NCBI GenBank assembly: GCA_030248215.1
Contig: JASANG010003130.1
Location: 186,001-250,000, forward strand
Origin: Enoplolaimus lenunculus
Lineage: Eukaryota
Direction of reading: 5' to 3'
Length of the DNA: 64,000 bases
In this document: positions 14,004 to 28,000 of the stretch, in pieces
How the letters are laid out: each line of letters opens with the position of its first letter
Numbering within the stretch: the first letter of the stretch is position 1
The notes under the pieces: model-generated
What the model was told of the DNA's origin: nothing
The model's database searches: none
What the model saw: only the letters and a program-made list of their open reading frames with translations
Translations under genes and position numbers: made by a program

Positions 14004-15454
14004 AACTGTTTTGAGGTTGATCAGCATTTGCAGACTTCAAAATTTTGTAGAAAACCCAGCCAATTAGAGTCTGCAAAAATTACTGCCAAGACCATTCAGA
14101 CACACATGCTACGTGGTACGCTTTTCAAATCTTTCACGTACTGTAGACTTTTCTGGTTAAATTTTATAGTACAAATTCAATGCACTACACAATAAGACCA
14201 ATCAGCCATTCATGAAAACATTAAATGATTTTTTTATTTTAATTCATTTTCGATTAGGGTGGCGCTAGACTTTTGACCACGTTTTGTGCCGTCCGTAACC
14301 GTCCGCTGCCGTCCATAACCATCTGCCGCCAGTCCGTCACCGTCCGTAGCTTCACGTACGATGGCGCAGGCGACAGACGACGTCAGACGGCGACGGACGG
14401 CGCCGGAGAAGTATAGCGCGATCCTTACTCGGAATGAAGGATTCCCACAGATTCTGTTTTATCCTATTGCTGCTCATTCTGACAACGAAAACAATAAACT
14501 AACTTTTTCAACAACCTTTTAATAAACTTATAAAATTACATAGCTAGATTTGTCATTTTTTCGGAGCTCTAAGAAATTGTTTAATATCTAATAACTTCTT
14601 ACAATTTGAATTAGATCGAGAATGACTAAGTGACACAGAGCGATGAGCCAAAGTTGTATTATCTGAAGGTCTGATTGCTTTCGTCTCCATGGTTACCTAG
14701 AACAGAATAGTAGCTTTAACAGGTCATAAGAAACTTGTACAAATAAAAACAACGCAACGTTTTCCTACATTTCTAGATGTCATATTTGTAAAGATACTGG
14801 CATGACAATTGAACCAGAGTCGAAAAATATTGGGAACGGAACCGGAAAGTAAAAATGCTACATTTTCTATGTGAACCAGAGTTCCGGTTGCATCCTTACA
14901 TCCATCGGTCGCAAAAATTCGAAAACAAGCGGAAGGATAACGACAAATACAGATATTAAATCCATTTTTTAAAATTATAAACGTTAAATTTAGTTTTCGC
15001 GGACATCAACGCTTGACTTATAATTTCCAGCGCAAACTTGCAACATGTAAACAACTGCAAAATAGAATTGAGATTTGTGGCTCCCCCAGCCAAGCCTAAA
15101 CCTAAGCCCAAGCTTAAACTAAAACCTAAGCCTAAGCCTGAACCCAGCTTAATCATATAATTCTAATCCTAAGCCCAAGTTGTGCCAAAATCTGAGGATT
15201 TCAAAACCTGTTGGTGATAGTGTACAGGAGCCGAGTTTTTGAACCAGACCCACGATGTTAAGTTAATACTAAACAAATTATTGTTATAACTTACTCGGAC
15301 AATACTTGTTTCGCTATTATCATCAGTTGGTTTTGTGGAAAATGTGATATTTCGTACGGAGTTTGATTTTGAAATTGAGTTTGTGTTGATGCGAGTTAAA
15401 TCGACATTTAATTGACGGGAAACGTAGTTTAGTTCAATTGGAATATTATTTATT
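14004..15454 (-). CDS. Two candidate exons of the giant-exon gene: 15454-15295 (INNIPIELNYV...ETSIVR) and 14070-14004 (TLIGWVFYKILKSANADQPQNS)
   Basis: Splice sites gtttcag/gtaagt and tttgcag/gtaact; phases 2->0 and 0->1 link to the 13942 exon through a 61-nt intron. Confidence 0.5.
14257..14424. mobile_element. PIF/Harbinger-like MITE (TIR about GGGTTGCGCTATACTT, TTA TSD); relatives at ~25171-25312, ~25493-25633, 29087-29321, ~30268-30410
   Basis: Inverted termini, tta on both sides, GC-rich ccgtc/gacgg internal palindromes shared between copies. Confidence 0.65.
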
Positions 15455-16800
15455 CTGAAACAAAACGCTTAGAAGGTTAACGCGTAACAAGAATTCTGTT
15501 CAGTGGATTGTCTCCTATGCTCCACTTGATGAATATAAACATTCCAGGTTAAATTTAGTCCAACTCCGACAACGTTTGGCTCTTGTACAATTACTCCACA
15601 TTAATACCTAGGCTATAGTTTAGGTGTAGGTAAAGGAAAGAAAGGCTTACACCTATATTACCATGAACCCTAAACGTAAATGTGGTCAAGAGTACACAAC
15701 AGTTCAACTTATTCCCTAAGCCATAAAAAACTGCTGACAGTGAAATAAGTTTGACTAATCAATTACAAGATGTAATGTATTGTATAAGCCTATGAATAAA
15801 TCTAAACATAATCCTAATTGTAATGCTAATCCTAACCCTTAGCCTAAGCATAATGATGAACGACAAATTGTCGAGTCGATGAAATATCGGATTACAAGTT
15901 GTCAGGCGATGAATTGTCGTGATAAATAAGCACTGCATAAAAATTAGCCACTAAAGATGTTTCGTCTGAAGTAATTTTCGTGAACCAATTATTGTTTCTA
16001 TAATTGTGATCCATACTTATGGCACATGTAAAAAATTGATACCCTCTCAGCTGATATTAAACTGAATAAAATACATAAAGCAAAAAAAGAAATAGCGAAA
16101 ACAATATGAAACTAACATTAATAATGCCTCCAAGTGCGCTGAAAGCACAAATCAATAAAATACCAATTGGTTTCAGATTACTCATCCTATCATAAAAGAG
16201 CAACCTATTATATACAACAGCAACAATCCTCTGTGTAGAATTTGGTACCTGTCTCTGGCGAACTCAAAGGGACCACCCAAGTCATGCTACCAAACAGGGA
16301 TCAAAACTGAAATCCTGTACTAAAATTTAGTTCTAAAATTGCGTTTGTTTCTCGCTCGCTTCACTCGTAAGCTATTTTTCATTGTTGTTTATGAACCCTC
16401 TCACAAATTTTGAGGTCAGTCAATGGTACCAGCAACCTGATTCCGTGCCAACCCCCATAATGACGCTGGGGCAGCAGAACAAAAGGGAACCACTCAATTG
16501 AGATGCGTTTTAGCTTTAATTAGATGCATTATTTGTCTGTAAATAATAAAAACATCAATTAAGAGTTTGATTAGCGAACGCTGTAGAAAGCTTTCAAGTT
16601 TGTTATAGTTCATGATAATTAGCGGTTGGTTTTGTGGTTAAGACCACTTACAAGGATAACACGGGGGGCCGTAGTTTTTGCTGACAGGTGCTGATCGCAT
16701 CGTCTAATACCGAGCTGTACGTATTAATGCAGTTGCTTCGTCAACTACATCATGGGTTCCGCACGTAAATATCCTCGTCCTGGTCAAAAACGATTTTTGA

Positions 16801-17228
16801 AACAACGAGCGTCGACGCGCGTCCTTTTTAAAATCAAATACTATTTGGGACGAACAACGAGCGTCGTCGCGCGTCCTTTTTAAAATCAAATACTATTTGG
16901 GACGAACAACGAGCGTCGTCGCGCGTCCTTTTTAAAATCAAATACTATTTGGGACGAACAACGAGCGTCGTCGCGCGTCGTTTTTAAAATCTAATATTAC
17001 TTGGGACGAACAATGAGCGTCATCGCGCGTCGTTTTTAAAATCAAATACTATTTGGGATGAACAACGAGCGTCGTCGCGCGTCGTTTTTAAAATCTAATA
17101 TTATTTGGGACGAACAATGAGCGTCATCGCGCGTCGTTTTTCAAATTTAATACTATTTGGAACGCGCGGAAACGCTAAGTGCCGAGCGTCGTCGCGCGTC
17201 GTTTTTAAAATCTAATACTATTTGGGAC
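16801..17228. repeat. 52-bp minisatellite, about 8 copies (AACAACGAGCGTCGTCGCGCGTCGTTTTTAAAATCAAATACTATTTGGGACG)
   Basis: Head-to-tail, near-identical units without unique spacers. Confidence 0.9.
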
Positions 17229-17509
17229 TCACGGCGTCGCTAAGCGCTGACCCTTTCGTTCAGCTGGTCTGCTACAGCGGACCAAAGAACGATTTTGGGT
17301 TAGACGTCTTTATAGGTAAAAGTTTTGACTTAAGAACTATACGATTTTGAAACTTTTTGCTTATATTTCAGCTTTTGTGATTTCTCGCTGTTCATTTTAC
17401 GCCCAAACTTGAATTCTTGATTAACTATATTTCTTTATTTAGACAGAATCCTTAGACAGAAAAGTTTTTTTATTAAAAGTTCGGCAGTTTATAATCTGCG
17501 CTATTTAAC

Positions 17510-20500
17510 TATCTAAAAGGTTAAACTAACTTGATTTAAGCTTAAATACTTCTAGCAGTATTAAACGAACTTTCTAGATTAACTAAACAAACTGGTGATT
17601 TACGCTTTGATTTAAAATCCGTCATATTTTTGGTTTAATCTTTTAGCCTAAAATCGCCCAAACTAAACAATATGTTAGTTTAAATTGCATTGAAATTTAT
17701 TTTGTCCGTCCAGCGATTGAAGATTTGCTTAAGCTCATATTCAGGTTTAGTTAAGCTATAATTTAACTTTAAGTTTTTAGAAAGAACGAATTGTTTAGGT
17801 TCAAAATTTTTTCTGCTAAGGTGAATCTGCCGGTAATATTTTCCAAATGTATCATTGACAATTTACCGCAAGTATTACAGTGAGTCAGTTCAGATTTCGA
17901 CGATTTAATAGACAAACCAAAGAAAAACAACTGATGGACCACGAATGACACTCACTTGTTTACTTGTATAACAAGAAAAGTTGATAAATTCAAATTGTAT
18001 ATTTTAAGCAACCAATCAAATTATTTTCCTTCAATTTAACTTCGAACACCGGGTTACAATCAAAACTCAACCAATTATGCTCATTCCACAGCCCATGTGA
18101 CAGACAGCTTTTGGCACTTTTTTTTGCTTCATTCCACAGAACTGAAATGTGGGGGGAACCACTTGCCACGGGTGTTCACGGGGACGGCAGCTTCCAAATA
18201 ACTCAATAAACGAAACTTTTTCTACGTGGGGGACTTTTCTCGTGTGGAAGGAAGTGAAAAAGTGCCGAAGTTTTCTCGCTGACATGTTCCTTCTACCCAG
18301 ACTGTTCAAATTCTCTGCCCTTTGCCCCAAGAACACAATTGTTTACATTTCGGCTCAGCTTGTTTACCATATTAGCTTGCAACAATAACAAACAACGCAC
18401 TCCGACATCAAAAAGTCGTCTGTCTATTGTTTCCATCAGCTTTACCCAAAATCACCACAACCCAACGTACCTTCTTTACTTGTCACAAATTCATAATTAA
18501 TCCGTTGTACCCTGCCTACCATAAACTGTTTAAAATTTTATTTAAAGTTTTCCAAAAATGTCGCAAAATTGCATTAAAATCAGCGACAACAACAAAATTT
18601 TGAAATTTTAAAAATGACTCTCTCTCAGACGATTACAGTTTTCGGAATTCACTATAAGCCATCTTTACCACAAGCTGTAAACAGTACAACAAATACAGAC
18701 AAAAACTGTAAATTTGTTGTTATCCAGCCAGTAGAGTCTTTGTCGTTCGGGTCGCCCGTTTTGCAATATCGCTAAAAACCCCCACCCAGCTTAAAAACCA
18801 TTACGAGCCTGATATGGTCGTACTAGGTAAAGCCTAAACTAACTTGCCTTGATTTAAGTTTAAGCTAACTTAGCAGTATTAAACGAACTTTCTAGATTAA
18901 CAAATCTAAAAGGTAGGTTTACGCTTAAACTAATTTGAAATCTTACATTTAGTTTAAGCTAAACTTATTGAATTCTTAGATGCACATAATTTCTGGACTG
19001 CACAGGCAACTGTTACTTTTAACGAAAGATAAGTTTAACAATTTCAACTCGTATTAAACTGAAAAATATCTTAAGTTAAACTTACAATTGTAGTTTACTT
19101 TATTTGGTCGAACCACTAAAGTTTTACATAAACTAATAATCAAGTTTAGTTAAGCTATAATTGAAGTTTAAGTTTTTGGATAGCAGCCCAAATTTTGGTT
19201 TGTAGAGGGCCACAGCAAATATTGAAATTGCTATAGTTTTTACTTCAGGCTCAATTAATTGGTTTTGCTAAAGCAATTTCGAAACTACTAGAAGGGTCAC
19301 ACCACTGGCTCACCCCTGGCGCCTTTCTGGATACGATCTTCGGCTACAACTGTCAATTCAGTGTTTCTGATGATGATTTGAGTAAAAAGTACAATCTGAG
19401 ATGAGTATCTATTTACTTCCTCCCCATACCAGTGTTAATTTAATCCAAGACGAAAGTTATTTCCCTTGTTTTATATTATTGCATTATCGCCTGCTTAGGC
19501 TCAGGCTTAAACATAGACTTTCGGCTGCGGCTTAGGTTTAAGCTTAAGCTTAGGCTTATTCTATGGGTTTAGGCTCACGCTTGTTATATGTGAGGGGAAA
19601 CTTTGGTGTGCAAAACTAAGCAAATACCTAAAAACATTGTTACTTTTGAGTGGTGTAGACGGACAAACTGCTAGGAAAGCTTCAAAAGCTGCTATAAAAG
19701 CTGAAAACCAGCTGTGAGACCTCAAAACAAATACAGACTTTGGATTAAGTCACTTGTTGTAAAATTCGCTTAACAAATTTGTAACATTCTCCAATTGTTA
19801 AAACTTTAAATTCGACAAGCAAAAAATTAATATGTTTCGTCCAACGCAGGTCGAATGTCGCTCAAACCATATTGATTCAATGCAAGTTGAACATTAAAAA
19901 CGACAAAAAATTGAGTAAATTGCGGCAAAATAAAACATATTTCACCAGGCCCGTAGCCAGCTTACCTTGCTAGCGGTGGCTAAAAAATTTTTCAAGGGGT
20001 GCATTCAAGGGTTTTCAATGAGTTACAAACAAGGTTGAAAATTTTCTGGGGGGGCTAAAATTTTTCTAGAGGGGCTGAGCACCACATCCACCGGGCCCCC
20101 TTTGGCTATGGGCCGGTATTTCACAGACAGCAAAAACGTAATTACCCCGGCCTTAGGGGGCATACAGGAAATGTGTACGAGGGTAACTATTCCAAGAACG
20201 CAGTTGGAACAACCGGAAACCATTAACCGTCGACCTGTGCGAACAGTACTTGATTGGCTTAAAAGCACTAAAAAGCAATATAAACTTAAAATACGCTTGA
20301 AGCTACAGTAATGCGTTTAACTAACTCGAGCTGCTAACGCAACGTTCAATTTATAAACCATTTTCACTCAGTACCCAAGCCAAGGCTTTCAACCGGGATC
20401 CAAATCATAAGTTTTGTATTAAAATTAAGTATTAAAATTGCGTTTGGTTCCCCTCATTTTATCGGTAGCGCCCCCGTCAATAATTACCGAATCCTCCCCA

Positions 20501-21800
20501 TTGCACCAGACTATTAATTCATGATCAGAGTTCACACTAATTGAACCTCTGCTCACTGCCCTTTAACCCTCTGGGGCGGATCTCAACCAGTCCTTAATTT
20601 TCACTGCTGTTGATTCGACAAAAAAGTTTGACAAAATTGTACAATTTCGTCTGGTCTCTGATCATATCAAATCCAAGCGCATAGTTTGTAATAGTGGACT
20701 TTGCAACAGCGTACGAAAGAATTTTATGATTAAATCATTGCCTCGGTCAACGATCTAGACGCTCAGTGAACCTAAGAAAGTTCAGTAAATCACTCGTACA
20801 ACGCGGAGAATCACTGAATCTCGTGGGTTCTTTGGGCGCCCATACAATGGACTTCGCGAGACGCAGCCTCAGCGTTGCGATATACAAAATATTACTGTAA
20901 GCAATGGAGTAATTGAGTAATTAATGGATGGACATAGCACATATTGATCCTTGTTTACTTTCCTCCCAACACTACTGATAATATCTATGATAGAAAAATT
21001 CTTCCATTTTTAGGGTAGCGATGGTATGGGCACGCTTTGCTTTCCAATCAGCGGTGGTGTTGCTCCTTGAACCTCCGCAATTTCAAGGGATCCTAAGGCC
21101 AAGATCAACGCACAAAGCAGTTTTCAGACCAGATTCCAAAAAACGCAGTATCAAAAGTACTTCAATAAACATTTAAGCTGTTCCAATGGTCATCTGCTTA
21201 GTGTGGAGGTTTGAGAGGAACTTTTTGTGGCGGAAGGACTTAACAAGTACTACCACATATCCAAGAGCGTCGCCACAGGAGACATGGAAGCCGTGCCCCT
21301 GTCTTACAAATTTAGCTATTGCCAACTCAAATAGACTCGGCCAGATGAGTTCTTGCGTGTGTTTAGCGCAAAAAGAACAAGATAGATTCAGTCGTACTAA
21401 AAGTAAATAATCTTGAATTGCAATTGTAGGGAACCCCAAAATTATTCAATTCCCTCCAAATACTCTCTAAAAACTTAAACTTAAATTACAGCTTAACAAA
21501 CATGAATATTAGTTTAAGTAAAACTCAAATTGCTGGACGGACGAACTAAACTAGAATTTTAAGTTTTACTTAATCTAACATATATTTTAGCTTAACACGA
21601 GTTTAAGTAAGCTTATTTTTGGTTTAAGCAACAAGTCTATCACAGAAATTATGTGTATCTAAGATTTCATTAAGCTTAGCTTAAACTATAAATACGTAAA
21701 ATTATAAATGAGTTTAAGCGTAAACCAACCTGTTAGTTTTGTTAATCTAGAAAGTTAGCTTAATATTGCTGGATTATCTTAAGCTTAGATCAAGTTAGTG
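17510..21800. repeat. Three dispersed copies of an AT-rich TTAAG-rich repeat (~17510-17780, ~18835-19190, inverted ~21470-21800)
   Basis: Shared motifs such as tagcagtattaaacgaactttctagattaac and gtttagttaagctataat. Confidence 0.6.
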
Positions 21801-24197
21801 TAAGCTTTTTGAGAGTATAATATTCTGCGGACGCAGCTGCACATATTCCCAATTTCTTGGACGATGAGAAACAATTGGTAAACTTTAAGACATTCGGGTC
21901 ATTGACTATCCGCCATAGTGAAGTTTTGTACTCTGAAAAATTTCGTTCCAAAAATTGACGAAATATTGCAGGCAACAAGCAAAACTTAAGGAAACTAATA
22001 GTACGTATACGCGATAAATTTAACTTAAAAAGCATGAACCGATCCGCATTAAAGCCAATCTAATTCTCAATATTATAAAATAGACAAAAATAAAATATAT
22101 TTATAATTATAACGGTAATATTCACTGGTAAAATCATTATTTATCACCAGAACAACTTGGCAAAATATTTTCTTCAAAAATACCCAATCAAACCAAGTTC
22201 GCAAAATGTTTGCATTGATGTTTTTAATTTTAAATCAGCAAACAGTCCAAATTTAGCAATGTCCAGTTTGTAAACAGCAACATCTCCTACCATACATACT
22301 CATGAACGAAATGTAAAAAGTTTACTCAAGGTACAATAGTACCTTTAGAGAATAATTTAAGATAGTATTTTTAGTTAAAATAAGAGTAAGATTTCACCTG
22401 CTATTGTTGTTTTAGAGTTTAAATTGAAAACTCAATTTAGTGGCTTGACATATTTATATCGGAATGCTATTTTAAGCTTTTTCGATAACTGTGTTTTAAC
22501 CAGCGGCGACGCAAAATAAGCAGAGTTGTCATTTAACATATGCAATTTCGCGGGATCTATTAAGCGCTAAACAGCTATTTTGAATAAATTTTGTTAAAAT
22601 TTTAGTTTCTTGTTACCACTGCACCGTCAGCTGATTAGTTGAAAAGTAAGAAATTTGTCAGGGCTCAACTTTTAATTTTGAAATTACAAAACTAATACCG
22701 AAAACAACGCAAGACAGGTAATAAAATACCGGATGTAACACCGGAACTGGATATCCAAAATACCGAATTTTCCGACCGTACCTAAAATTTCAATTTCAAT
22801 TTGACTGTAATTGTAACACCAGCTGAAACGCTTAAATTGCGTTCGCAATATAATTATCCTTACATATTTAATATGTTTTAAACCCAAATACTTCACAAAT
22901 TTACAGGTGCTACGACCAATGTGTAGAAAAGGATCGTCACACTAGTATAAGCATATTCCTAACGCCTAAACGTAAACAAAAAACATTAGTCTAAGCTGAA
23001 CCTTACTGTAAGTCCCACAGAAAAACGTTCCGACCCTGATCTTTATATTCGGTGCAATAATCACAAAAAGTAACAAAAATATAACAAATCTACAAATAAA
23101 CAACTATTTATCGCTCCGTTTTGCCAGTTTACTTAACATCACACCGCCTTAGACTAAATCAGACAAAAAATAAAGCTCAAGAAGTCACTTGCTTATCGAC
23201 AAAAAAACTAATACTTTCGCTTAACACATGCCAAGCTAAATTATAGTGTGAAACCATAAATAAACAATATATATACTGACCGTGCTATTGCTCACAGTTG
23301 GCAAGCTTATTTTGTTGCTACGCAACATCCAGTGTTGTACTTAAAATGTTGTTGTATAAAGTGACGATGTTAGGAGCTTGCGACCTTATATCATGTCGGG
23401 TTTCGATGTTCAAAGGCTTTGTATGAAGTAGAAAAATATCAGAATTTTTGATACACGGAAGCTATAGTTTGAGGCAAAAATTAGCGTCAGGTTTTGCCAT
23501 TCTAAACAGTAGCGGATCCAGAAGGTTTTGACAGGGACTGGCATAGTGAATAAAAACTCGCCGAGCGAAGCAAGCCAGACGCCAAACGTCGCGGTAATTA
23601 ACAATATTTTTGTTTCGTGTCCAGTCCGGTGGACATTGTGATCCATGGGTGCCTTGCAATATAGCCTTGGTTTAGCGTTTTACAACCTGAACGTCTATAA
23701 ACTACTGGCAACCAAAAGTCAACACAGGTACAATTGAGAAGAAAATCTCGCGAGCGAAGAAAGCAATAACCATACGCGTTCTGTATGAAATGTATAGAAT
23801 ACTAAAACAAAATTTTAGTTTGGGTCGGTCTTTTCGGAGATATGTAATAATGATGTCCACCAGTAAACAGGTGCCGAAGTAGAGGTGATACAAAGATGGA
23901 ACTCGCTTTCTTCGTGTTTAATTTCACTACAAAAATAGTTTTGTCGATCTCAATGATGTAACTCGATCTTAGATCGACTAGTCCCTCCGCTATCTTGATA
24001 TCTATATATTAAAGTTGAAACACCCCATATACGTATTTTGGGCAGGGCACCGTTCCAGCACAAGTAAATATTGTTTGTAACAATATTTAACACATAGTTC
24101 TACAATATAATAAAACTAAACCGTATAAGTTAGTTTGCTAATAGTCTAATTCTGTAAGATTAAGAGCGGGTTAACGAATGCTATCTTTGGTATACTA

Positions 24198-24630
24198 CTG
24201 TATTGACTCGAATAAGAGGGGGAGGGATAATAAATGGGGGTCTCCATTTTGAGTCCGAATCAACTGGAGTCCGTATCCCTAATAAGAGTCCGTAAGCGGA
24301 TAGACTCCCTAAACCCTAGAGTCCGTAAATGTCTATTAACCCTAATTGTAGCGTATAAATGACTCCTGGACCAAATAACTTGAGTTCAAAACTTTAAAGC
24401 GTACTTAAATTTTGAAAATACATTTCTAAGTATAACCTTGTATTATCGCTCAAGCTATCGACACAAGATAAATAAACGTTTAATTCAACGGATAATTGCA
24501 GTACCGGATAGTAACGAAGGGTGGCGGAGCATGGGTTAAAAATAAATAACAGTCTGTAACCGAAAAACAAGGGGGTACCCTCTGGAGAGGCCAAATAATA
24601 TCAGATTCCCTCTTATTCGGGTCACTACAG
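24198..24630. mobile_element. Tc1/mariner (Tc2/pogo-like) MITE, ~430-450 bp, TIR CTGTAGTGACCCGAATAAGAG; other copies 39100-39530, 54806-55040 (partial), 61751-62188, 62191-62639
   Basis: Conserved TIRs, TA flanks in several copies, high similarity among copies. Confidence 0.75.
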
Positions 24631-25038
24631 AATACACTTTGCGAAAACGTGTGAAACCCGGGCCCTTTAGGCAAGTTGCACGTGAGTGCAAGAAGGGCTA
24701 CTAGTTTATATTAAAGCTGACATAAAAACAGCACCACAGGTGAAATTGTTTTCAAATGTAATCAACAATAAACACTTCAGATCTAAACGAAATTACTTAA
24801 ACAGCCCAAAAGTAAAACGTTGTTGGTCAGGTAGCGAACGTAATTTTAGTATAAACTATTTCTCAAAAATTTTCAAATATATTCGCTAGCTTGAATTTTA
24901 AACCAAACTTGAAGCAACCGTAAATGTTAAACTTTAAGCTGACAAACGCTAAACACCATCATGAATTTTCTTAAAAAAACTATAAAATATGCAATGAAAA
25001 TATATACCAGGATGTTTAAACCGCAAAAGTGATCTTAC

Positions 25039-28000
25039 CGTTTCAGCAGAAGCCCTTCAAGTTCAATTCTGAAACCATTTGACTCTGATGAAATCTACAA
25101 AAAATAAGTAAGACACCGTACAGTTTAGCAAAATGTTTGCACATGTAACTATGCAGAATTAGCATAGATAGGGTGACGCAAAACTTTTCGTGCAGTGCCG
25201 TTCGTCACCGTCCGTCACAATACGATATCGTGTGTAAATAGTTCATCCACGATACCACACGGTGACGTACGGTGGGACGGCGCCGAACGACATCAAAAGT
25301 ATAGCACCACCCTTAGTAAGGCTCTGTTCGCAATATAAGAATTACACGTAGATGTGAAATAACACCTGTTTGTAGTACTCCAATTCCGCAAATCACACAG
25401 CGAACACTTACATAACAAGAACTCAAGATGATATTATGTGTCTCTAACAATATGATCCCATTATAGAAAAAACTATATTCTGCTGAGGATAAGGGTGACG
25501 CCATACTTGTCGCACGGACAGAGCCGCAATAAGAAACTTTTGTTTCCAGATTTGCGGAATTCTTACGTCCTTCCGCACTGTGCCGGATTGCGTCAGACGA
25601 CGCTGAATGGCGTCGACCGATGCTGGGTGGCATTCAAATAATCAAAAAGCATAAACACCATCCTAAAGCTTGTTTACAATTTTGAGTCAGTATTTTTAAA
25701 GTTTCGACCACACAATGCACATTTGGAATCAAATCTTGCAAATCTGCTATGATAAATTTCAAATCGTCATTTAGTGTGGGATTCACTATTTCAAAATTAC
25801 CATATAACTCAGTGCTGTAGAAAGTACCCCTCAAACCCCGTCTGTCGCAGGGGGGGCAGTGTGTCCAGAAGGTTAATTTTTGGCTAATAGATAATTATGT
25901 TTCTCTGTCCAGCTTGCAAAGATTTGAATCGCAAAAAATCTTTCCGTTTCGCGTGAGAATGTTTGTTTACGATTTTACTTGCGTGTACAGCGTTCAAATA
26001 GCTGTACATAGCAAAAATATAAAGGTGTTATTTTTGGGAGTAAACCTGTTCGCCAACTCTCATGATCATTAGACTTCGGCCTTCACTCTGGTTTGAAATA
26101 CCACCCCCATCGAGCGCTACTGGACTGGTCATTTTTAATTTTTGAAATTATTGCGGCTATTTTTAATCCAAGTTTCATGAATAACTTTTTTATGCGACAA
26201 ATATGTCGTGGTGGATTCGAATTTCTCAAGTTTTCAGAATACGAATTTAGAACTTCCACCACAGTGCAAAAATGGTAAGTCATATTTAATGCGATTCATT
26301 GAGTGGAATTTGACTCTGGCGGAGTGCAATTTCGACTCAGTTTGTGTAGTCCGGAAAAGCCTATTTCGGAGCGAGTCAATTTGATTCACCATTTTTGCAG
26401 TGCAACTTCGCGAAACCGTAGATGCTGTCTACTTAGTTATTTTTGATGTTGCAAGTCGACTATATTATCAATTCATCCGAACACTACGTCGTCCAGCACT
26501 CCATTAAGAATACAGAATACTTAAAGTCTTATTTTAGATGCAAGTTTCTGTAACCAAAAATTGCAGCTGCAATTTGCATGTTTTAAATTATTGTTCGAAA
26601 CCAATTCTTCATAAACTTGCAGTTGCTTGTGTTTGCTGCAAAAACATATTCGTGCATATTGCAGCTGAGAATGTTAAATCTTGCACGTGTGAGTAGAGCT
26701 TAACAGAATATATTAATAATTAGTCACAGGCACCGATTTTTGAGTGACCTCCACACAAAAACCCGGTTCAATCACAAAGTAATATTTTTGCTATGACATG
26801 CAATGCGAAATTCCAATGCTAATATATATTTCAGCGTGGGACGCAAAAGTGAGAAATAACAAATTTTCTCATGAATCCCATTTTTCTGGTTTGGAAGGTC
26901 TTGACCAACTTTAGCCACGGCCCTGTTTGCACTTATCACCTGGTGATACATCTTATACTTTTGAACCACAAGAGCCAAATATTTGAAATTTGCCAAACTT
27001 TTTACAATTTTAGTTTCACGCAACTACCGTCCACAATTCGATTCCGCGACAAGGTGTGTTTCGAAGTTTACAACTGTGTTATAATAGGTGCTATACGCAT
27101 TTGAAAATACTGCTCAAGATTTGACTGAAGTTTGAATAAAAAGCATTAATAATATACACCTTGTTACGATATGGACAGTACGAGACTTTGACCTTAGTTT
27201 GATCCACATATCGCACCATCACTTGTGTCAACGTAATGTCTAAAATTTAAAACAATTTCATAGAAGTCACGTTAGGTGCGCAGCTACGGAGGGCAAAAGG
27301 CAGGAGTCGCCGCGCTTTACGAACAGCTTCCACCACTTGTCCCAACTTTTTTCCACTACATTAAAAGAATTCGATACGAAAATTTTCTCGCCTTCTCTGA
27401 AAATGTTGCCCCCTCTGGCCTCTAGTAAAAAACTGCTAGCTGCGGGGTTGGGCTACATCAGTTATGTATATATTGCATGTATCAAAAACCCTGAACTGGT
27501 TATTTATCAGGTAATGCGGTTCACGTTTCTTGATCCCTTTCAACCATCATTATCCTTAATATTTGAAATATAGGCGACATCCAAATAAGCGGTACAGGTG
27601 AAATTTTTACGCGTAAAAAACCTCACACTACAGCTCTGGAAGAAGTTGCATGAATCGTTACAATGTATCCGCATTGTACATGTTTAAGTCCAGTGTCAAC
27701 TTTGACTGTAAATCAATCTCGTCACATACATATTTTGGGCATTGTTCCAGCAGAGAAGTGAACAAAGTTTTGATTCAATTATAAACGTAAACATTGATAA
27801 TAAAATTATCGTTCTACGAAAGAAGTTGGGCGCATAGATTCACTAATACAACCGCAAAATTTGCGCAAGAGTAAGCGGCTCATGTATAGAACAGGGCCGG
27901 ATCGTTTTCCGGAGAGCCTATAATAGACTCAGTTTAAGCTTTGGACTAATTTTTCTGTTTAGGCTTAGGCTTAGGCTTAGGAATATGCTTGCTTATACTA

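Noticed and set aside
14429..14478. Possible exon MSSNRIKQNLWESFIP
   Set aside because: Its donor overlaps the MITE end/TSD and its phases do not fit the 15295 exon.
16801..17228. CRISPR-like appearance of the 52-bp (and 50- and 81-bp) arrays
   Set aside because: No unique spacers, no cas genes, eukaryotic context.
21173..21439. Possible decayed transposase fragment
   Set aside because: Coding-like composition, but interrupted by stops and with no motif I can recognise.
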